IMG/VR virus record: IMGVR_UViG_3300043426_000009
Length of the DNA: 46,902 nt
Reading direction: 5' to 3' (one strand)
From: a virus
A model generated the notes under the pieces. The model saw nothing but the letters and a program-made list of their open reading frames with translations. It searched no databases and was not told the origin of the DNA. Positions 19,747 to 26,971 of the stretch are shown here, in pieces (the stretch's first letter is position 1; each line of letters begins with the position of its first letter). The position numbers and the translations under genes are program-made.

Positions 19747-20364
19747 TTACAAATCCGTTAATGGGTTCCAAGTTGGTTTGAAAATAACCAATTTTTCTGA
19801 CCAAGATTCAACCAATGAAAAAGAACAATTAAATGTGTCTTTTGTTCCAAAACCAGCATTTGCACGATCCGATAAAAAGAAACTTTGTATTTGAATTCCT
19901 TTATTATCAGCCGTTGGACTTGCGATGTTTTCCGACCAACAAGCGATTCTTCCGCCTTGTAATAACAAGTAAACCGTCAAACGTTTTTCACAAATCAATG
20001 CTTTAATTTGCGATTCAACAAGCGGACTTAATGATTTGAAAACACAAGAAAAAGCCGATGGATTAACACCTTCAATTTCTTCAACACCGTTCAATGTTGA
20101 ATTATCGCCACCACCCGTTGTGATTTTGTCGCCAGGTTCAATGATTGGGTCGCCACCAATAAATGGTGAAATAACAATTTTCGTGTCATTATTTGCGGTT
20201 TTTAACGCTTGCCACGCTGCAAGATCAACAATTGTCGTTGGTGTGAAAACGCCAAACGGTTGGTCTCTTTGAAACGCAATCTTTTGAATTTGTTTCAAAT
20301 CAACACCGCAATTTTCGGCGATTATTTCAATCAACGAACTTTCTTCAGGACAATTACAATCCAT
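19747..20364 (-). CDS. Hypothetical protein, first gene of the late block (205 aa)
   Basis: ATG at 20364, downstream of a TAAATTTG promoter-like box. No motif recognised. Confidence 0.5.
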   Translation of the reverse strand: MDCNCPEESSLIEIIAENCGVDLKQIQKIAFQRDQPFGVFTPTTIVDLAAWQALKTANNDTKIVISPFIGGDPIIEPGDKITTGGGDNSTLNGVEEIEGVNPSAFSCVFKSLSPLVESQIKALICEKRLTVYLLLQGGRIACWSENIASPTADNKGIQIQSFFLSDRANAGFGTKDTFNCSFSLVESWSEKLVIFKPTWNPLTDL

Positions 20365-20433
20365 AATTTTAAATTTTTAAATGTTAATAAAATATTTGAT
20401 TTTTTTCTTTTGCGTTCCCGTTGCAATACTCAG

Positions 20434-20463
20434 CAAATTTATAACAAAAACCTTTCATAACAA
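20434..20463 (-). promoter_or_regulatory. Candidate late promoter
   Basis: On the minus strand there is a TAAATTTG -7 box (20434-20441) and a TTG 19 nt upstream (20461-20463). It shares the 11-mer GCAAATTTATA with 21009-21019. Confidence 0.35.
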
Positions 20464-20472
20464 TAAAACAAA

Positions 20473-20500
20473 AAAAACCACATCGTTTGATGTGGTTTTT
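20473..20500. terminator. Bidirectional-type intrinsic terminator
   Basis: AAAAACCACATC-gttt-GATGTGGTTTTT, with an A-run and a T-run on either side. Confidence 0.75.
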
Positions 20501-20522
20501 CAAATATGGAATGATCTAATTT

Positions 20523-20972
20523 TTATGTTAATTCACGAATAAAAAATGATTTATCAATTATTCGATTCAATTCGACATTTCCAGAATCCGTGAACATTTG
20601 AATCTTTGCGACCGGACTTTGTTTGAGTTTATTAAGATTGTCCGAATTAATCAACATCACATATTTTGACCGTGTGCCGCAATCAACGCCGTTTATATTC
20701 TGCAGCGTTACCGATTGGCCGTTTTCTAATGTGAATTTGATTGTGCTTTCATTTGTTACACAATAACTGAGTGCATCAAGTTCACACGAAATAAAAATGT
20801 TGTTTTCGACATTCTTCATCACAACCACAAACGGCATTGCGTTTTCGATGGCCATTGCAAGTGATGTTTTTGCGTTCACTTCTTTCGTGAATTCCGTTTT
20901 AATTGGGTTGGAAATTGCAAATGTGGACATTGACAAAAAACCCAGCATCAAGACTAAAATAAATTTTTTCAT
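20523..20972 (-). CDS. Secreted protein with a signal peptide (149 aa)
   Basis: ATG at 20972. The N-terminus MKKFILVLMLGFLSMSTFA has the form of a Sec signal peptide. The gene is flanked by a promoter-like box and a terminator. Confidence 0.6.
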   Translation of the reverse strand: MKKFILVLMLGFLSMSTFAISNPIKTEFTKEVNAKTSLAMAIENAMPFVVVMKNVENNIFISCELDALSYCVTNESTIKFTLENGQSVTLQNINGVDCGTRSKYVMLINSDNLNKLKQSPVAKIQMFTDSGNVELNRIIDKSFFIRELT

Positions 20973-21009
20973 TGTTTTTAAATTTTGTGGTTAAACATTA
21001 ATTGAATTG

Positions 21010-21017
21010 CAAATTTA
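21010..21017 (-). promoter_or_regulatory. Candidate -7 box (TAAATTTG)
   Basis: Matches TAnnTTTG on the minus strand about 38 nt upstream of the ATG at 20972. The -33 element is unclear. Confidence 0.3.
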
Positions 21018-21045
21018 TAAAATATTATTTCACATTTCGCAACTG

Positions 21046-21417
21046 TTATTTTCGATTTATTTTTTTGGCGATTCCCATCACGCTTTTCGGATCGGATTTA
21101 TACGCTTTTACCAATTCCGCAATATTATCAAATTCAAACAATCCGGCTTCCGTGATTTCATTTATCATTTTTACCATTGCGCCGTATGTGTCCGATGCGG
21201 CACGTTCTGCAAGTCCAAAAAATTTGTCATATTCTTCAATTTCGGCTTTTTGTAAAAGCGTGATGACTGGTGTCAATCGCATTTTCAATTCGTGTTTGAA
21301 ATACGGTGTAAATTTTATTTCGTGATTAAAATCATACGCAATTTGATTGGCGATGATTGATTGCGAAATTTTTGTTAATGTGTCCGGTTTTAACGGTTCG
21401 GGTTTTTCATTTTTCAT
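21046..21417 (-). CDS. Hypothetical protein (123 aa)
   Basis: ATG at 21417 overlaps the upstream ORF by 11 nt. No motif recognised. Confidence 0.5.
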   Translation of the reverse strand: MKNEKPEPLKPDTLTKISQSIIANQIAYDFNHEIKFTPYFKHELKMRLTPVITLLQKAEIEEYDKFFGLAERAASDTYGAMVKMINEITEAGLFEFDNIAELVKAYKSDPKSVMGIAKKINRK

Positions 21418-21694
21418 TTCTTAGTTTATTTAAAGTTGATTCGACTATTTCAAAACAAATTGATTTTTCATTTCGTGATTTCATTTGGTCATAAAACATT
21501 TCGGCGATTTGCACCAATGCCGGAATGTTTTCAATTGCATTCAAATATTTTGAATCGCAATCAATTTTCGCAAATGTTTGACTTGCATTTTTACTTTTAA
21601 CAAACAAATGAATTGAGTCTTCAAATTCTTTGTAAAATTCAAATTTCGTTTGCGTTAAATACGTTAAATCCGGGCGGCCGTTAATATCTGACAT
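21407..21694 (-). CDS. Hypothetical protein (95 aa)
   Basis: ATG at 21694 overlaps the upstream ORF by 14 nt. Confidence 0.5.
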   Translation of the reverse strand: MSDINGRPDLTYLTQTKFEFYKEFEDSIHLFVKSKNASQTFAKIDCDSKYLNAIENIPALVQIAEMFYDQMKSRNEKSICFEIVESTLNKLRNEK

Positions 21695-22040
21695 TTCTAA
21701 TGTGTTTTAATTCGTTCGACAATGGTTCACTTGTAGTGTGAAAATATAAATATTCAAAATCGGTTTCATTCACGTTGGTTAATTCATCATTGCACCTGGT
21801 CAATATTTCAATCAATAGATTCGACAAATGAAATCCTTTGTAAGTTCTGAAATAATTCATCAATCGTTGATTCAAAGATTGTTCATTTCGTTTGATGCGT
21901 TTGATTTGCCAAACACCAACGATTGAAGCAAAATACATCGGCGGTTTATGTTGAATTGATTGATTTACGACCGCATCAACATAATTGAAACAAATCACAA
22001 CTTTATGATTTTTTTTAGGTTTGTGGCTTTTGAATATCAT
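21681..22040 (-). CDS. Hypothetical protein (119 aa)
   Basis: ATG at 22040, directly after the structured intergenic element. Confidence 0.5.
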   Translation of the reverse strand: MIFKSHKPKKNHKVVICFNYVDAVVNQSIQHKPPMYFASIVGVWQIKRIKRNEQSLNQRLMNYFRTYKGFHLSNLLIEILTRCNDELTNVNETDFEYLYFHTTSEPLSNELKHIRNVRY

Positions 22041-22054
22041 TGTTTTTTAAATTA

Positions 22055-22146
22055 ACCAAGTGATTAAGGTGTACGTTTGCATTCACTGGGTAAGAAACCC
22101 GGAATTGTCTTTTCACGCCAATCCTCGCTTTTGCTAATCACTTGGT
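22055..22146 (+). ncRNA. Candidate structured RNA or DNA element (strand uncertain)
   Basis: A 12-bp perfect outer stem (ACCAAGTGATTA 22055-22066 with TAATCACTTGGT 22135-22146) encloses GC-rich sequence. Inner helices are GGUGU/ACGCC (22068-72 with 22115-19) and CUGGGU/ACCCGG (22086-91 with 22097-102). Both inner helices need G:U pairs that exist only in a plus-strand RNA. A T-run follows on the plus strand. Confidence 0.3.
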
Positions 22147-22152
22147 GTTTTA

Positions 22153-22398
22153 TTAAATATTTTGAATTGTTGTTTCCAAATTTTCGGTCATTTCTTTGAA
22201 CTGTACCAATGAAACAATATTTGGCGCTTTCATTGATGGGTGCGGGTCCGTGATATAAACTTTGTCATCAACAAATGACATTCCGCATCGGCGGCCGTTT
22301 ATTTTCAAATAAGCATCAAAATATCTTTGTGAATAAATTTGAAAATTTGTTGCATCATCAAAATTGTTTTCGATGATTGATGTTGTTTTTGAGTTCAT
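22153..22398 (-). CDS. Hypothetical protein (81 aa)
   Basis: ATG at 22398, 16 nt after a GC hairpin. Confidence 0.5.
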   Translation of the reverse strand: MNSKTTSIIENNFDDATNFQIYSQRYFDAYLKINGRRCGMSFVDDKVYITDPHPSMKAPNIVSLVQFKEMTENLETTIQNI

Positions 22399-22414
22399 AC
22401 GATTGTTTTTATTT

Positions 22415-22432
22415 GGGCGGCCGAAACCGCCC
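22415..22432. other. GC-rich hairpin GGGCGG-6 nt-CCGCCC, member of a repeated element
   Basis: The context TTTGGGCGG..CCGCCCGTTTTAAT is nearly identical to 37283-37307. It lies between a stop codon and the next ATG. Confidence 0.6.
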
Positions 22433-22439
22433 GTTTTAA

Positions 22440-22700
22440 TTATTCAAATTGTCCGTCTGCAATTACTACATTTCCAAAATGTGATAACACGATTTTTTCA
22501 ATTTTGAATCGTTTGACTTGATTCATCGGAAGTAAAAGATCAATGAACATTCCTGGTTGTGGTAAATGTTTCATTTTAGTTGTTACGATGTGTTGGCCGT
22601 CAATTTTAATTTGAATGTGAACTTCAAATTCATCTTCCAAGACTTCAATCATAAAATTGTAAAACAACTTTTCCACGAGCGTTCTAAAAAATTTTTTCAT
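22440..22700 (-). CDS. Hypothetical protein (86 aa)
   Basis: ATG at 22700, about 40 nt downstream of a promoter repeat. Confidence 0.5.
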   Translation of the reverse strand: MKKFFRTLVEKLFYNFMIEVLEDEFEVHIQIKIDGQHIVTTKMKHLPQPGMFIDLLLPMNQVKRFKIEKIVLSHFGNVVIADGQFE

Positions 22701-22742
22701 TATTTCAATGTGTTACATATTTGATTCGTTTCAAATACATCA

Positions 22743-22786
22743 CAAAGATACATTTAAAAATGTATTTACAAAACATTTTTTAATTT
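22743..22786 (-). promoter_or_regulatory. Bacteroidota-type promoter with an inverted repeat
   Basis: On the minus strand there is a TATCTTTG -7 box (22743-22750) and a TTTG -33 element (22769-22772) with an 18-nt spacer. The inverted repeat AAAAATGT-N9-ACATTTTT spans 22756-22780. An AAAACATTTTTTAATTT block lies upstream. Confidence 0.65.
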
Positions 22787-22851
22787 ATTTTAATCAAATC
22801 AATAAATTTATTTTTTATAGTAACCTTTGCCGGTGTGCAAACGTGGATTGT

Positions 22852-23262
22852 TTAACAGTTTGATGAAACTTGAATTGTTTTGATTTTTTCGGAACAATTG
22901 CGTTTTTCCTTTCGTTGGATGATCCATTGCGGTTGATACTTAATTTCGTTATGATAATACGCAAACGGAATTCTTGCACGGCTTGGATATAACAATTCGG
23001 CTTTGTTCACGGCATCTTGCACATCAACGGCGGCGATTTTGTGAATGTCATATTCTTTTTCTTGTTCGCCTGCGATGACATAACGGAACCAAACCATAAT
23101 CTCAAATTCATCAAGTATTTTATCATCTGGAAATGATGAATGCGGTGTGCATAATTTCGATTTGTCTTCAAACTCAATCAAAACGTGTGTTGTGTGTTTT
23201 TCAATGACTTTTGCAATTTTATTGCAATAAACAACGTTTGTTCCTACTTTGATGATTTTCAT
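22852..23262 (-). CDS. Hypothetical protein (136 aa)
   Basis: ATG at 23262, 1 nt after the upstream stop. Confidence 0.5.
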   Translation of the reverse strand: MKIIKVGTNVVYCNKIAKVIEKHTTHVLIEFEDKSKLCTPHSSFPDDKILDEFEIMVWFRYVIAGEQEKEYDIHKIAAVDVQDAVNKAELLYPSRARIPFAYYHNEIKYQPQWIIQRKEKRNCSEKIKTIQVSSNC

Positions 23263-23263
23263 A

Positions 23264-23575
23264 TTATTTGATTATTGGGTTTTCAAATTGTTTCAATGTC
23301 AATGGAATCATTGATTGACAACCAAGTTTATTGACAACCAACAAATGTTTTTTCAATTTCGTATTTGGTTGCAATTTCATATTTGGATTCCAATTGTTTT
23401 GAATCAATCCAAATTGTTTGTCGGTTATGATGAAAAACTTTCCTTTTGCTTGTTTTAATTTTTCATTCAATGATTGTTGATTTGCTGCAAAGAATGATTT
23501 TTGAACGTCCATAACGTTAAATTTATCAACGAATATCGCCCATTTGATTGTGTAAGGATTTAAAATTGCATTCAT
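23264..23575 (-). CDS. Hypothetical protein (103 aa)
   Basis: ATG at 23575, downstream of a promoter repeat. Confidence 0.5.
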   Translation of the reverse strand: MNAILNPYTIKWAIFVDKFNVMDVQKSFFAANQQSLNEKLKQAKGKFFIITDKQFGLIQNNWNPNMKLQPNTKLKKHLLVVNKLGCQSMIPLTLKQFENPIIK

Positions 23576-23605
23576 TTTGAAATGTTTTATTGATTATTTG
23601 TTTGA

Positions 23606-23650
23606 CAAAGATACATTTATTTTTGTTCCTGCAAAACATTTTTTAATTTA
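23606..23650 (-). promoter_or_regulatory. Bacteroidota-type promoter (same subfamily as 22743)
   Basis: TATCTTTG -7 box (23606-23613) and TTTG -33 element (23632-23635) with an 18-nt spacer. Shares ACAAAGATACATTTA and CAAAACATTTTTTAATTTA with the 22.7 kb copy. Confidence 0.65.
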
Positions 23651-23683
23651 TTTTTAAAACATTTTTAAATTTACATAAAAAAG

Positions 23684-23715
23684 AAAACCCCAACATCGGC
23701 AAACGTTGGGGTTTT
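23684..23715. terminator. Intrinsic terminator after the nuclease gene
   Basis: AAAACCCCAAC-10 nt-GTTGGGGTTTT. A U-run follows on the minus strand. Confidence 0.75.
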
Positions 23716-23733
23716 GTCAAAAAAATAATTTTA

Positions 23734-24108
23734 TCAATATTTCATCGGAACGGCCAAACCGTTATTCAAAAGATAATCATTCAAACAAATTTGACGGTCA
23801 TCAAGTAACACGTAAACGTTCGCCAAATATCGGCCATACTTTTCTTTTTTATCTTTAATCGTTTCAATCGTGATGATATCGCCAATTTTAATGAATTCTT
23901 TGACCGTGTTCAACGTTTTTGTTCCAAGTGGGTTTTCCGTCATTTTATTCTTTTCATTACGAATTTTCAATTCTGGTGCGTTTATTCCGTAAAATCGCAC
24001 TTTGTCCGTGAATCGCATTTGAAATCCCAAATCAATTTCAATTGAAATGGTGTCGCCATCGTGAATGTCCAAGACTTTTGCCTCGTAAACAAATTTTTGT
24101 TTTTTCAT
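23734..24108 (-). CDS. Staphylococcal-nuclease-like (thermonuclease family) protein (124 aa)
   Basis: SNase motifs HDGDT, VRFYGINAPE and EKYGRYLANV plus the C-terminal NNGLAV. ATG at 24108; the track start at 24117 is TTG. Confidence 0.75.
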   Translation of the reverse strand: MKKQKFVYEAKVLDIHDGDTISIEIDLGFQMRFTDKVRFYGINAPELKIRNEKNKMTENPLGTKTLNTVKEFIKIGDIITIETIKDKKEKYGRYLANVYVLLDDRQICLNDYLLNNGLAVPMKY

Positions 24109-24125
24109 TGTGTTCAATATTTAAG

Positions 24126-25346
24126 TTAATTATAATCAACGCCAACCGTTCCGGATGTTCTTTGTGATATTTTCATAATGGCAAAATAACGCATTCCGTC
24201 AATTGAATGATTATACAAATCAACCGGTTCATTTAATTTTTTGCCGGTTTTATCTGTTAACCATTGATACGCACGTAATTCACGAATGATGTTTGTTGAT
24301 TCTTTCGTTACAAAGAAATCAACCGATTGCAGCAAGTCAATTCCAAATTTTATTGAGTCCGGGCCTTTTTTAGCACCCATCACGGAAAATCCGTATTCTT
24401 GCAATTCGCCAATTGTTTTCGGATCGGCGGAATCGGCGAAAATCGTGATGTTTTTATTCACGCCGATTTCTTTCATCAATGCAGCAAGTTCACGTGTTTT
24501 CAATCCCGTTTGATAAATCAATTCATCGAAATAATATTGACCATTGAAAAGATAACAAGCGGTTAATGTCGTTGGATCATTTGAATATCCAAAATCCATT
24601 CCGTACCCGACTAAACGTGCAAGTTTTGGAATTGAATCAATTTGTTTCCAGTTTGAAAATATAACGCCTTCAAGTGAACCAATTTCGCCATCCAAATAAA
24701 CACGACACCAGTTTTCCCAATATTTCGATGTTTCCGATTTGATTCGATTCTTTTCAAGTTCTTTGACAATTGACGGCGCTAATGCTTCATTGTCCTTGTA
24801 TGTCAAACGCAAAAGTTCGGTATCTTCTTTGTCGGTCAAAACTTCGGTATCAACCCAAAATTCCGATGTTGGATTATAATCAAGCCAAACCTCTTGATCC
24901 GTTCTAATGTTCAATTGATAGTATGTTTCAAACTTCAAATTGTTACATTCGTTGATATACAAAACATTTCTTCTGGGACCACGCACACGGCTTTCATCAT
25001 CCGCACTAAAAAATTCGATATATGAACCGTTCGGAAATGTATATTTTTTATCTGAATCGTGCCAATGTTTTGGATTCCATCGGCCGGTAACCATCATTAT
25101 TTTTTTGAAATCTTTGATTGCTCCTTTTTTCAAATGCGGCATTGTTTCCGATACAATTGAAATTTCAAGCAATTTTGTTTTTATTGCTTTGTCAATCAAT
25201 ATCGGAATGATGCCAAATGTTTTTCCGGCCGATGTGCCACCCGGAACAACACGGGTTCTTTTTCTTAATTTTCGTAAACGTTTGATTGCGGTCGTATAAA
25301 TGAAACCGTCAACCATTTTCACGATTTTTTGGTTTTTGTTTATCAT
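24126..25346 (-). CDS. terL: Terminase large subunit (406 aa)
   Basis: Walker A-like PGGTSAGKT near the N-terminus. C-terminal nuclease-type motif HSIDGMRYFA. Lies directly after the small subunit gene. Confidence 0.85.
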   Translation of the reverse strand: MINKNQKIVKMVDGFIYTTAIKRLRKLRKRTRVVPGGTSAGKTFGIIPILIDKAIKTKLLEISIVSETMPHLKKGAIKDFKKIMMVTGRWNPKHWHDSDKKYTFPNGSYIEFFSADDESRVRGPRRNVLYINECNNLKFETYYQLNIRTDQEVWLDYNPTSEFWVDTEVLTDKEDTELLRLTYKDNEALAPSIVKELEKNRIKSETSKYWENWCRVYLDGEIGSLEGVIFSNWKQIDSIPKLARLVGYGMDFGYSNDPTTLTACYLFNGQYYFDELIYQTGLKTRELAALMKEIGVNKNITIFADSADPKTIGELQEYGFSVMGAKKGPDSIKFGIDLLQSVDFFVTKESTNIIRELRAYQWLTDKTGKKLNEPVDLYNHSIDGMRYFAIMKISQRTSGTVGVDYN

Positions 25347-25349
25347 TGG

Positions 25350-25835
25350 TTAATCTTCATCATCATCGCCGAAAAGCGGTTGTTCCACAACGTGCGTAAT
25401 TTCATTTTTACTTGCAAGCCCCAAATCACGTGCGATGATGTTTTGTTGAAACGCACCAACGGCCGCACCCTCGAATTTTTGTGAAAACATTATGTCTTTT
25501 ATCGTACGTATGACATCCGAAAAATCACGTCCTTTTTTCGTTTTTAAATTTAGATTTGTTTCAAAGTCATTGAAATAGTGAGTATTAACACCAAGAAAAA
25601 TGCAAAGTCCGGCCATTGTGTATGGTGTATCGGTTTCAATTTCAACTTTCTTTGCATCCTTTCCACGGAAATCTTGTCTTTTCCATTTGCGTTCATCAGT
25701 AATTTTGAAATATTCAATCGCCGATTCCATCATTTTTTCTGGTGTTTGAAATATTGCTTTTCTTCCGTGCGTTGCACGTTTGGCCCACCATTGATTGCCA
25801 GGTTGAAACCCAACCGTTTTTTTTTGTTCTTCCAT
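25350..25835 (-). CDS. terS: Terminase small subunit, gp3-like (161 aa)
   Basis: The N-terminal pattern GRKAIFQTPEKMMESAIEYF and the HTH-like PYTMAGLCIFLGV are typical of gp3-type DNA packaging proteins. Lies upstream of terL. Confidence 0.7.
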   Translation of the reverse strand: MEEQKKTVGFQPGNQWWAKRATHGRKAIFQTPEKMMESAIEYFKITDERKWKRQDFRGKDAKKVEIETDTPYTMAGLCIFLGVNTHYFNDFETNLNLKTKKGRDFSDVIRTIKDIMFSQKFEGAAVGAFQQNIIARDLGLASKNEITHVVEQPLFGDDDED

Positions 25836-25866
25836 CTTATTCCCTTTTAAAATGTTATGTATCGGA

Positions 25867-25874
25867 CAAAGTTA
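25867..25874 (-). promoter_or_regulatory. Candidate -7 box (TAACTTTG) upstream of terS
   Basis: Matches TAnnTTTG on the minus strand 32 nt upstream of the ATG at 25835. The -33 element is poor. Confidence 0.3.
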
Positions 25875-25894
25875 ATGTTTTTTATGCAAACGAA

Positions 25895-25921
25895 AAAAAC
25901 GAACTGTTGAGGTTCGTTTTT
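25895..25921. terminator. Intrinsic terminator
   Basis: AAAAACGAAC-7 nt-GTTCGTTTTT. Confidence 0.7.
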
Positions 25922-26081
25922 ATGCTTTTTGTTGATGCCAACAAAATGGTTTTATTGATTCGTGCAATTTGGATTCATCGCTTGTTTTAGCGTTCTTGGT
26001 TTATTGTATAAATTTCTAATCAATGGCGGTTTTCGCTTTCGTGGAATCACAATCAACAATCGGTCGCCACGTTGGAATTTT

Positions 26082-26444
26082 TCAATCATTTCTTTGAAAT
26101 TTTGTTGAACGGTCATCGTTCGGACTTTTGGGCTTGGGTTCCTGGTCATTATCATTGTGCGATTCATTGTGTTTTTCTTTTTGATAAATCTTAATTAATT
26201 CATCTATTGATTTAATATTTTTTTTGTCGAAAACTTTTCGTGAATTGAAATCAATCCAATAATATTTTGATTCATCATCAATTTCAAATCCTTTTATGTT
26301 TTCGCATTCCAAACTTGTATATGCGTTTTTTGATAACCATTCAATAAAATCTTTTGTGAATTTCATTGATGCTTTTTCACAATTTTCGGCACATTCAAAA
26401 ATTGTTGTTCCGGACAAAATCGCATTTTTAAATATTTGTTTCAT
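26082..26444 (-). CDS. Hypothetical protein (120 aa)
   Basis: ATG at 26444 forms an ATGA overlap with the upstream ORF. Confidence 0.5.
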   Translation of the reverse strand: MKQIFKNAILSGTTIFECAENCEKASMKFTKDFIEWLSKNAYTSLECENIKGFEIDDESKYYWIDFNSRKVFDKKNIKSIDELIKIYQKEKHNESHNDNDQEPKPKSPNDDRSTKFQRND

Positions 26445-26665
26445 TTGTCCGTGAATTTTATGTTGTTTGGATTAACCGTGTGAACTTGACCATCCGGCGC
26501 TTCTACAATTGCGACCGTGAAATTTCCAAAACCATTGTCGCCGCCGTCAATCGCTTCTTGACCAAATTCGTGAAACAATCCGTCAAAAATCAAATCTTCT
26601 TGTTTTCGTGTGTCCGGGTTCCATCGCTTAGATGTTACTTTTACCGGTCGTTTTCTTTTTTCCAT
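26441..26665 (-). CDS. Hypothetical protein (74 aa)
   Basis: ATG at 26665. Confidence 0.5.
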   Translation of the reverse strand: MEKRKRPVKVTSKRWNPDTRKQEDLIFDGLFHEFGQEAIDGGDNGFGNFTVAIVEAPDGQVHTVNPNNIKFTDK

Positions 26666-26668
26666 AAT

Positions 26669-26971
26669 CTATAAATCAAATGTTAAACAATCATTGTTCT
26701 TGGATGCGTTTTTTTGTTGTTTCAATCGGTATTGCAAAGAAATATACAATTTGTATTCGGTCAATTGTTTTCGTTTGTTTTTCAATTTCACGAATCCATT
26801 TTGTTTGATTAAATCGTTTGAAATTAAATCTTTTATCAACTTACCTTTCAACGAACCCGCAATGACAATTTCTTTTGTTTTCAAAAAATTCGACAAATCA
26901 ATTGTCGTGAATGATTTCATTTGTTTTGAAACCCAGGATTCCGATATTGAATATAGTTCTTTGTAATTCAT
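26669..26971 (-). CDS. Hypothetical protein, translationally coupled to the NTase-like gene (100 aa)
   Basis: ATG at 26971 shares one nucleotide with the upstream TAA (a TAATG junction). The track start at 27007 lies inside the upstream gene. Confidence 0.5.
   Translation of the reverse strand: MNYKELYSISESWVSKQMKSFTTIDLSNFLKTKEIVIAGSLKGKLIKDLISNDLIKQNGFVKLKNKRKQLTEYKLYISLQYRLKQQKNASKNNDCLTFDL

Noticed and set aside
19607-19894. 95-aa plus-strand ORF spanning the gap upstream of the portal gene
   Set aside because: The gap is better explained by a tightly fitted 57-aa minus-strand ORF (19572-19745). The plus-strand ORF also runs antisense into the 205-aa gene.
22055-22146. tRNA gene or attP core in the GC-rich intergenic element
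   Set aside because: It has no cloverleaf. The outer stem is 12 bp, and there is no T-loop GTTCRANNC and no D-arm. No integrase or recombinase gene was seen anywhere in the genome to support an attachment site.
25952-26167. 71-aa minus-strand ORF overlapping the end of the 120-aa gene
   Set aside because: It overlaps the upstream gene by 86 nt. The shortest non-overlapping version (ATG at 26089) codes only 45 very basic residues. No support exists beyond the open frame, so I left it uncalled.
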